Of a DNA stretch of 5,940 nt, positions 1 to 5,114 are shown one piece after another. Position 1 is the first letter of the stretch. Each line of letters opens with the position of its first letter. A program made the translations under genes and the position numbers. This stretch comes from a virus (Duplodnaviria > Heunggongvirae > Uroviricota > Caudoviricetes), in IMG/VR virus record IMGVR_UViG_2778261394_000001, positions 1-5,940 of that record; one strand, 5' to 3'. The notes beneath the pieces are model-generated. The model had not been told where the DNA came from and made no database searches. It saw nothing but the letters and a program-made list of their open reading frames with translations.

Positions 1-1052
1 TCGTTGGATTCTTCGCTGAACCAGCAGGTCGCATCCACGATATAGCCGTTTGTTTTCAGCTCACGGAATTTGGCATTGATGCCGTCAACGATGTCGCGAA
101 TCAGCGTTGCGGTGATGGGCTTGTCCACCGCCCACATGTGCGCCTCAGCCATCGTGTCGGCCAGCACCTGCGCGGTGCGGGTGTAGTTTTCAAAGAGGAA
201 CAGCGGGTCATCGGAGCAGGTACGGTTACCCCAGAAGCGGAAACCGTCGCGGCGAATCAGCGTTGTGACGCCTGACTCGTTAAGCAGGTCAGCATCGGTG
301 CCGGACTCCTGCAAATCCCAGAATACAGATGCGCTGATGCCGGTAACACCGTTCACCCCGACATTGGACAGCGTTTTATGCCAGCCCTGCTCCTGGTCGA
401 TTTTAGCGCGCAGACCCAGCGCACGGGCGGTGGCATACGCGGTGGCGGTGGTACTGGTGACCGTATCCCATGCGAGGAAATCCGGCCAGATGACCATCAG
501 CTCACGCTGGCTGAAATTCTGACGGTAGGCTTTCACCTCGGAAATAGTTTTACAGCCCCATGCGCTGATATACCCGAAAGCGCGCAGCTTCTGACAGACT
601 GATGCCAGTGCAACAGCCACCTCTTTGGTATCCAGTCCCGGCACGCCGAGAATGCGAGGTTTAACACCGGTTACCGACTCCGCCGCCAGCAGGGCTTTCA
701 GTCCGGTGTACTGACCGTTTTCGTCAGTGGTGCCGATGATATTGGAAACGGTCTGCGCGAGTTTCGTTTCCTCGTCGTCGCCGGTGCCGTCTTCCACGCG
801 CACAACAACGGTGACCGGTTTTGACTGGTCAGCGATGGCCTGCAACGATGCCGCCAGCGTGCCTTTTTTACCGGCCTTTGCAATTGCGCTCTGCACATTG
901 GTAATCAGCACAGGTTTATTGAGGGGGAAGGTTTCCGCATCCGCATCGCTGGCCGTGCAGACCATGCCGACAATGGCAGTGGATACGGTGGAAATGACGC
1001 GGGTGCCGTCGTTAATCTCCAGCACCTGCACGCCGTGATGATAGTCACTCAT
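1..1052 (-). CDS. FI: Contractile tail sheath protein (P2 gpFI family); 3'-partial, C-terminus lies beyond the window start
   Basis: Open minus-strand frame from ATG at 1052..1050 to the window edge, absent from the ORF track because it has no in-window stop. My translation begins MSDYHHGVQVLEINDGTRVISTVSTAIVGMVCTASDADAETFPLNKPVLITNVQ..., which I recognise as the N-terminus of the P2-type tail sheath. A GGAG Shine-Dalgarno lies 8 nt upstream of the ATG. The short plus-strand ORFs in the track over this region are antisense to it. Confidence 0.88.
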   Translation of the reverse strand, partial: MSDYHHGVQVLEINDGTRVISTVSTAIVGMVCTASDADAETFPLNKPVLITNVQSAIAKAGKKGTLAASLQAIADQSKPVTVVVRVEDGTGDDEETKLAQTVSNIIGTTDENGQYTGLKALLAAESVTGVKPRILGVPGLDTKEVAVALASVCQKLRAFGYISAWGCKTISEVKAYRQNFSQRELMVIWPDFLAWDTVTSTTATAYATARALGLRAKIDQEQGWHKTLSNVGVNGVTGISASVFWDLQESGTDADLLNESGVTTLIRRDGFRFWGNRTCSDDPLFLFENYTRTAQVLADTMAEAHMWAVDKPITATLIRDIVDGINAKFRELKTNGYIVDATCWFSEESN

Positions 1053-1074
1053 CCGTTTAACTCCGTGGTTAATG

Positions 1075-1145
1075 GGTGAGTGATATTTTCAGTTGTGCCG
1101 GAGATGTCAGGCTATTTGTCCCTGTTGGCTAAGGGATGACACAAT
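1075..1145 (-). promoter_or_regulatory. Putative P2-type late promoter (Ogr/Delta-activated) for the FI operon, overlapping the 3' end of the invertase gene
   Basis: On the minus strand, TGTGTCATCCCTTAGCCAACA (1141..1123) is an imperfect TGT-N13-ACA dyad about 45 bp upstream of a TATCAC -10-like hexamer (1085..1080), with the FI ATG at 1052. P2 late promoters carry a TGT-N12-ACA element near -55, so the spacing here is one base off and the assignment is tentative. Confidence 0.25.
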
Positions 1146-1705
1146 TTATTCTTTGTCGCTGATGAGGGAAATTTTTTATAGAGCGTGGACAGACCAATAT
1201 CAAAAATCAGTGCCACGCGTTGACGTGACTCCCCTGCAGCCAGCAAACGCCCGGCCTGCTCCCACTCACTCGTGGTGAGTTTAGGACGTCTGCCACCAAT
1301 ACGACCTTTGGCTCTGGCCGCTTCCAGCCCGGCCCGAGTCCGCTCGACAATGAGTTCTCGTTCCATTTCAGCCAGGGCACCCATCACATGAAAGAAAAAA
1401 CGCCCCATCGGCGTGCTGGTATCAATAGCATCTGTCAGGCTGCGAAAATTAACGCCGCGTTCGCGCAGTTCCTCAACCAGAATGACCAGATGCCGCATAC
1501 TACGCCCCAGCCTGTCCAGCTTCCAGACCACCAGAGTGTCACCTGCCGATAGTGTCCTGAGCAGTTTTTTAAGCCCCGGTCTGTCGGACTTAGTGCCACT
1601 GATTTTGTCCTCAAAAATCCGCTCACATCCCGCGCAGTTCAGTGCATTACGTTGCAAATCGGTGTTCTGGTCATTTGTTGACACGCGTACATAGCCAATT
1701 AGCAT
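1112..1705 (-). CDS. pin: Serine DNA invertase of the Din family (Pin/Gin/Hin/Cin-like resolvase-invertase)
   Basis: Track ORF 1112..1750 (minus) contains MLIGYVRVSTNDQNTDLQRNAL...LVVWKLDRLGRSM...GRFFFHVMGALAEMERELIVERT...GRIGGRRPKLT...LSTLYKK, with the catalytic-serine motif (YVRVST) and the C-terminal helix-turn-helix of Gin/Hin/Pin. I place the start at ATG 1705..1703 (MLIGY, 197 aa), which matches known invertase N-termini and has an AGGGGA Shine-Dalgarno 6 nt upstream. The in-frame ATG at 1750 would add 15 non-conserved residues. The stop is TAG at 1114..1112. The gene sits immediately next to a crossover site. Confidence 0.9.
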   Translation of the reverse strand: MLIGYVRVSTNDQNTDLQRNALNCAGCERIFEDKISGTKSDRPGLKKLLRTLSAGDTLVVWKLDRLGRSMRHLVILVEELRERGVNFRSLTDAIDTSTPMGRFFFHVMGALAEMERELIVERTRAGLEAARAKGRIGGRRPKLTTSEWEQAGRLLAAGESRQRVALIFDIGLSTLYKKFPSSATKNKLCHPLANRDK

Positions 1706-1732
1706 GATCAATCCCCTGAATAAAAACCGGGG

Positions 1733-2269
1733 ATGATGCCAGTTAGCCATTATCTCTGCATTTTCATAAACGTTGGTTTGGGAGAAGGTTCGGCATTACC
1801 CGTTGGCGTGCCTGTTCCGTGGCCTTCCGCCACTCCGCCAACAGGCTGGCTGAAATGCAACGGGGCGGCTTTTTCTGCTGAAGAATACCCGGAACTGGCA
1901 AAGGTTTACCCGACAAATAAATTGCCTGATTTACGCGGTGAGTTTATTCGTGGCTGGGATGATGGAAGAGGGATTGATACTAACCGTAGCTTGCTTTCGT
2001 CACAGGGAGATACCATTCGGAATATAACAGGATTTATAAATGAAGTTAAAGGCACCATTGATACAGCAACTTTCAGGTTACAGACTGGTACTGGTGCTTT
2101 TGCCTTAGCATCTCAAGCTACGCGAAATATCTATAATAACCTAGGCACATATGAAACAAAAAATACCCCTTACACAGGATTCAGTTTTGATGCATCCAGG
2201 GTTGTACCAACAGCATCAGAGAATCGCCCTCGAAACATTGCATTTAACTATATCGTGAGAGCAGCATAA
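1733..2269 (+). CDS. Silent alternative tail-fibre C-terminal cassette (Sv'-like receptor-binding module), probably expressed only as a fusion to the H constant region after inversion
   Basis: Track ORF 1733..2269 (178 aa). The frame runs continuously through the crossover site, so codons GLGE at 1775-1786 match GLGE in tail fibre H in the same phase relative to the 2-bp core. Downstream it encodes ...PVPWPSATPPTGWLKCNGAAFSAEEYPELAKVYP...LPDLRGEFIRGWDDGRGID...RPRNIAFNYIVRA, which resembles the phage tail-collar / tail-fibre C-terminal domain family. The ATG at 1733 lies outside the segment and overlaps a hairpin, so it is probably fortuitous and the functional part is about 1775..2266. The stop TAA overlaps the next start (TAATG at 2267-2271). 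Confidence 0.7.
   Translation: MMPVSHYLCIFINVGLGEGSALPVGVPVPWPSATPPTGWLKCNGAAFSAEEYPELAKVYPTNKLPDLRGEFIRGWDDGRGIDTNRSLLSSQGDTIRNITGFINEVKGTIDTATFRLQTGTGAFALASQATRNIYNNLGTYETKNTPYTGFSFDASRVVPTASENRPRNIAFNYIVRAA
1761..1786. repeat. Invertase crossover site (hix/gix/pix-like, 12-2-12 bp) at the invertase-proximal end of the invertible segment
   Basis: Plus strand reads TTTTCATAAACG-TT-GGTTTGGGAGAA. The inner half-site plus core (1773-1787, TTGGTTTGGGAGAAG) is a perfect 15-bp inverted repeat of 3666-3680. The half-site resembles the recalled hix/gix half-site (TTnTCnnAAACC) around a 2-bp core. Confidence 0.75.
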
Positions 2270-2871
2270 TGGATAAAGCAATATTAAATAGTGAGCTTAT
2301 TGCTACAAAGTCGGGGGATATTACCGTTTATAACTATGATAGTGAGACGCAGGAATATATTTCAGCATCAACTGAATATCTTGCCATTGGTGTCGGTATT
2401 CCTGCATATTCCTGTTTAGATGCCCCTGGCACACATAAGGCGGGTTATGCTATCTGTCGTTCTGCAAATTTTAACTCATGGGAATATGTGTCAGACCATC
2501 GCGGTGAAATCGTCTATAACACCGAAACGGGAGACGCCAAAGAAATCACAGCTCCGGGTGATTACCCTGAAAATACAACCACTATCGCCCCGTTAACGCC
2601 ATATGATAAATGGGATGGTGAGAAATGGGTGACGGATACTGAGGCACAGCATAGTGCCGCAGTAGACGCGGCAGAAGCACAGCGCCAGTCACTGATTGAT
2701 GCAGCAATGGCTTCCATTAGTCTGATTCAGCTGAAATTACAGGCCGGACGGAAGTTGACGCAGGCAGAAACAACCAGACTTAACGCTGTGCTGGATTACA
2801 TTGACGCGGTGACGGCAACAGATACCAGCACCGCGCCGGATGTCATCTGGCCTGAACTGCCGGAGGCGTAG
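2269..2871 (+). CDS. Tail fibre assembly chaperone (Tfa/U'-like) cognate to the silent alternative fibre C-terminus
   Basis: Track ORF of 200 aa, translationally coupled to the preceding cassette (TAATG). The C-terminus ...LNAVLDYIDAVTATDTSTAPDVIWPELPEA matches the conserved C-terminal motif of Caudovirales tail-fibre assembly proteins (P2 G and Mu U/U' end in similar ...WPE.P sequences). A GAGAG Shine-Dalgarno precedes the ATG. Confidence 0.8.
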   Translation: MDKAILNSELIATKSGDITVYNYDSETQEYISASTEYLAIGVGIPAYSCLDAPGTHKAGYAICRSANFNSWEYVSDHRGEIVYNTETGDAKEITAPGDYPENTTTIAPLTPYDKWDGEKWVTDTEAQHSAAVDAAEAQRQSLIDAAMASISLIQLKLQAGRKLTQAETTRLNAVLDYIDAVTATDTSTAPDVIWPELPEA

Positions 2872-3286
2872 GCCATTCAATATCTGGCGCACCGGAAGTA
2901 TCGACCAGCACCAGTGCGTCCAGATAATCCAGCCACAAATTATATTGCGCCAGTTCGTCATCTTTCAGACGACCAATAGCGGCTTTACCGGGCCATTGCT
3001 TACTGTTCATGTATTCGTTGGCCTGGTTAATTAGTAGCTGTCTTTCTGATTCAGTAATTTCAATAAGCTCTTCATGCGTGGGTGGAGGAATATCTGCCCA
3101 CGCAGGCATCCCATCATCTCCGGCAATACGGATTTTTCCTTGTGGCGGTTCAGCCATAAACTCACTGATAATATTTTGATTCACCTCCTTTGCATCTGAT
3201 AAATCCCATCCCTCTGATTTATATTTATCAATCATATCCACAGGGAAAAAAGCATTATGCCTTGCGCTATAAACATATTCGTTCAT
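2843..3286 (-). CDS. G: Tail fibre assembly chaperone (P2 gpG / Mu U-like) cognate to the currently expressed fibre C-terminus
   Basis: Track ORF 2843..3295 (minus), whose C-terminus ...YNLWLDYLDALVLVDTSGAPDIEWPTPPAVQAR carries the Tfa C-terminal motif. The track start is a GTG at 3295 with no spacer after an AGG. I prefer ATG 3286..3284 (MNEYVYSARH...), which has a GGGTGA Shine-Dalgarno 5 nt upstream. The gene lies directly downstream of the tail-fibre stop (TAA 3309..3307). Confidence 0.8.
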   Translation of the reverse strand: MNEYVYSARHNAFFPVDMIDKYKSEGWDLSDAKEVNQNIISEFMAEPPQGKIRIAGDDGMPAWADIPPPTHEELIEITESERQLLINQANEYMNSKQWPGKAAIGRLKDDELAQYNLWLDYLDALVLVDTSGAPDIEWPTPPAVQAR

Positions 3287-3306
3287 ATAAATCACCCTGA
3301 ATAAAA

Positions 3307-4506
3307 TTACTCACCAACAGCCCACCAACTGTAATTCATCGATACTGTGGAACTGGTTGATGCAGTTCTGTAAGCGGAATTAAAACCGGTTAATGTTGGG
3401 CCTTCTGCAGTCATCATGAACCCTCGCCCAGCACCTAAAGGCGCACCACCATCACCAGAATGAGTAAGCATGGCGCAGTCCGCTTTTTTGGGGAAAGGGA
3501 TGCTGAATGTAATTCTCATTGTTTGCGTCGATAATGTCGGCGTAACCGCACCACGACCATATTGCAGGATTTTCCCGTTGGGTAATTTCATCCATCCATC
3601 ACCACTGGCAAAAGAGGCCATGTCCGGTATCTGATTTTCCCCTGTCCCCACATCCCGTTTTGCCGCTTCTCCCAAACCAAGGTATGCGAGAAGACCGGCA
3701 ACATCCTTTCCACTCAAATGAGTCAGCGTCTCATCCAGTGGCTGCTTACCTGACAGCGCATTGTTAATGGTGGTACTGAATTTCGGGTCATTGTTAATGG
3801 CTGCGGCAATTTCTTTCAGTGTGTCCAGCGTGGCTGGCGCACCGTTAATCAGAGCGGTAATAGCGGCCTGAACAAACTCAGTGGTCGCAATCCGCGTGGT
3901 GTTATTCCCTGCGGCAGGCGTCGGCGCTTTTGGTTCTCCGGTAAATGTCGGATTATGTTTCTGTGCATACTGGGTATGAGGATCCTGTGCGGCAATGTGG
4001 TTTCTCATCTGGTCATCCACATACAGCCTTAATTCCAGGACTTCATCATCCACGTATTTACGGGTCGCCAGTACCACCGACGGGTCGATTTTCAGCGTAA
4101 TAGCTTCGGTATTCGTGACAACCAGAATCATGCGGATAGTCTGGGTACGACCACTGCCTTCCTGCAACTGCGGTTTGTACGTTTCCGGGCAGTTCGCCAC
4201 CGCAATGAGTACGCCTTCATCATCATAAAGCCCAATCTCACGGATCCAGAATCCGCCCTCGTTCTCAGGGATGATTTGCTCCGCAATAATCTGGCTCTGG
4301 TTGTTCGGGTCAACACTCAGAAGATTCAGCGGCGCGATGCGTTTCTGGTTAATCAGTTTTGTCTGTGCCGGGTCTGGTGTCGGCAAGACACCATTCGCAT
4401 CACCAACGGCCATTTGCGTCAGATTCAGCTTACTGCCGAGCATCGTCGCGTTAGCCAGCCGTGCTGCGCCCTGATTAGTCAGAATGGCGTAGTATTTCAC
4501 TGTCAT
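3307..4506 (-). CDS. H: Tail fibre protein (P2 gpH family): constant N-terminal region (about 4506..3681) fused to the currently in-phase variable C-terminal module (3666..3307)
   Basis: 399-aa ORF. The N-terminal 200-270 residues (...MAVGDANGVLPTPDPAQTKLI...IIAEQIIPENEGGFWIREIGLYDDEGVLIAVANCPETYKPQLQEGSGRTQTIRM...YVDD...NNTTRIATTEFVQAAITALINGAPATLDTLKEIAAAINNDPKFSTTINNALSGKQP) follow the conserved pattern I recall for P2 H and Mu S tail-fibre N-termini. The crossover site falls at codons 276-280 (L-GLGE). The start ATG 4506..4504 overlaps the stop of the upstream gene (ATGA). Confidence 0.88.
   Translation of the reverse strand: MTVKYYAILTNQGAARLANATMLGSKLNLTQMAVGDANGVLPTPDPAQTKLINQKRIAPLNLLSVDPNNQSQIIAEQIIPENEGGFWIREIGLYDDEGVLIAVANCPETYKPQLQEGSGRTQTIRMILVVTNTEAITLKIDPSVVLATRKYVDDEVLELRLYVDDQMRNHIAAQDPHTQYAQKHNPTFTGEPKAPTPAAGNNTTRIATTEFVQAAITALINGAPATLDTLKEIAAAINNDPKFSTTINNALSGKQPLDETLTHLSGKDVAGLLAYLGLGEAAKRDVGTGENQIPDMASFASGDGWMKLPNGKILQYGRGAVTPTLSTQTMRITFSIPFPKKADCAMLTHSGDGGAPLGAGRGFMMTAEGPTLTGFNSAYRTASTSSTVSMNYSWWAVGE
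3667..3692. repeat. Invertase crossover site (hix/gix/pix-like, 12-2-12 bp) inside the tail-fibre gene, at the constant/variable junction
   Basis: Plus strand reads TTCTCCCAAACC-AA-GGTATGCGAGAA. The two half-sites are dyad-symmetric at 10 of 12 positions. 3666-3680 is the exact reverse complement of 1773-1787. Confidence 0.75.
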
Positions 4507-5114
4507 GCGTTTACTCTCAGGTTATCAATTAAATGAATGGCCGAGGCCGGGAAATAATCCCCTCCGACAATAATGGCCTCCGGGGTGTAGGGATAAACCG
4601 TCAGGGCGTCGCCGTGATAGCATCCCGCACCGGCAAAAATGTTGCCGGTTGTACTTAAACTGATAGCCAGTCCCGTCAGATGGCGGCTTGCAGGTTTTGC
4701 ATCAGCAACGAGACGCTCCAGCTCCTGATACATTTCCTCGGTAATACCCTGCTCAAGCACGCCAACAACGATGCGGAACGTCCCTGGCTCCTCGTTGAGC
4801 TGCCACCACTCCCTCACCTCAATCAGATAGCCGAGCGGCTCCACCACACGGCGAATCGCACCAATAGTGCCCTTATGGCAGTGAATGAAATACGCATCGC
4901 GGATAACAGCGCGTTTGGTCGCTTCCGGCCATTTATCATCCCACCTGTCGACCGAAAATGACCACGCCAGCCACGGCAGCAGATTTGCCGGGCAGGTGTC
5001 CGGGTTCCACAGCTCACGAATACTGACCGGTGTTTTTTCAATTTCCGCACAGGCTTTTGCGGCGGCAACTTCAAGCGGTGATGAGCCGGTCGGCAGCAGT
5101 CGCGAATCACTCAT
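4503..5114 (-). CDS. I: Baseplate assembly protein (P2 gpI family, phage tail protein I)
   Basis: 203-aa ORF beginning MSDSRLLPTGSSPLEVAAAKACAEIEKTPVSIRELWNPDTCPANLLPWLAW..., which I recognise as P2 gpI-like. The start ATG 5114..5112 overlaps the end of the upstream J gene by 8 bp (ATGAGTGA), and the stop overlaps the H start. This is the expected position between J and H. Confidence 0.85.
   Translation of the reverse strand: MSDSRLLPTGSSPLEVAAAKACAEIEKTPVSIRELWNPDTCPANLLPWLAWSFSVDRWDDKWPEATKRAVIRDAYFIHCHKGTIGAIRRVVEPLGYLIEVREWWQLNEEPGTFRIVVGVLEQGITEEMYQELERLVADAKPASRHLTGLAISLSTTGNIFAGAGCYHGDALTVYPYTPEAIIVGGDYFPASAIHLIDNLRVNA

Larger units (their letters stand above)
1761..3692. other. Invertible DNA segment (G/C/P-segment-like tail-fibre host-range switch) including both crossover sites
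   Basis: It is bounded by inverted crossover sites at 1761-1786 and 3667-3692. Inside are two oppositely oriented tail-fibre C-terminal modules, each followed by its own tail-fibre assembly gene (Sv-U-U'-Sv' arrangement). A cognate invertase gene lies directly outside the left site. Confidence 0.8.

Noticed and set aside
265-1038. Track ORFs 265..522(+), 378..602(+), 727..1038(+) and 698..898(-) inside the sheath gene region
   Set aside because: All are antisense to, or out of frame with, the long uninterrupted minus-strand frame that encodes a recognisable tail sheath N-terminus. Their translations are low-complexity (Ala/Arg/Ser/Thr-rich), as expected for spurious ORFs in G+C-rich coding DNA.
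1712-1733. Inverted repeat TCCCCTGAATAAAAACCGGGGA between the invertase start and the crossover site, a possible terminator
   Set aside because: The stem is only about 5 bp with a 12-nt loop and has no trailing U-run on either strand, so it is not a convincing intrinsic terminator. It overlaps the invertase Shine-Dalgarno and could modulate translation, but that is speculation.
1706-1750. N-terminally extended invertase starting at ATG 1750 (MANWHHPRFLFRGLI-MLIGY...)
   Set aside because: The extension is not conserved in Hin/Gin/Pin/Cin, which begin at MLIGY. ATG 1705 has a proper Shine-Dalgarno, whereas the upstream ATG would start inside the hairpin/leader next to the crossover site.
1901-1912. 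AAGGTTTACCCG resembling a gix right half-site
   Set aside because: The left half (CCGGAACTGGCA) has no similarity to the TTCTCCCAAACC half-site, so this is a coincidental match within coding sequence (KVYP).
2737-3034. Track ORFs 2737..2961(-) and 2840..3034(+) spanning the chaperone overlap
   Set aside because: They are shadow ORFs of the two convergent Tfa genes in alternative frames, and neither has a recognisable domain.
3286-3295. GTG at 3295..3293 as the start of the minus-strand chaperone, as in the ORF track
   Set aside because: It has no spacer after an AGG and lies only 11 nt after the fibre stop codon. ATG 3286..3284 has a GGGTGA Shine-Dalgarno at good spacing. I trimmed the feature to 3286, and the true start remains unverified.
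3379-3395. TTAAAACCGGTTAA-like partial palindrome resembling an invertase half-site, considered as a possible third crossover site
   Set aside because: It has no 12-2-12 match to the two real sites and no inverted partner elsewhere in the segment. It simply encodes TGFNS within the fibre C-terminus.
3995-4536. Plus-strand ORFs 3995..4228, 4271..4474 and 4276..4536, and minus-strand 4128..4316, inside the tail fibre gene
   Set aside because: They are antisense to or out of frame with the conserved H N-terminal region, so they are spurious.
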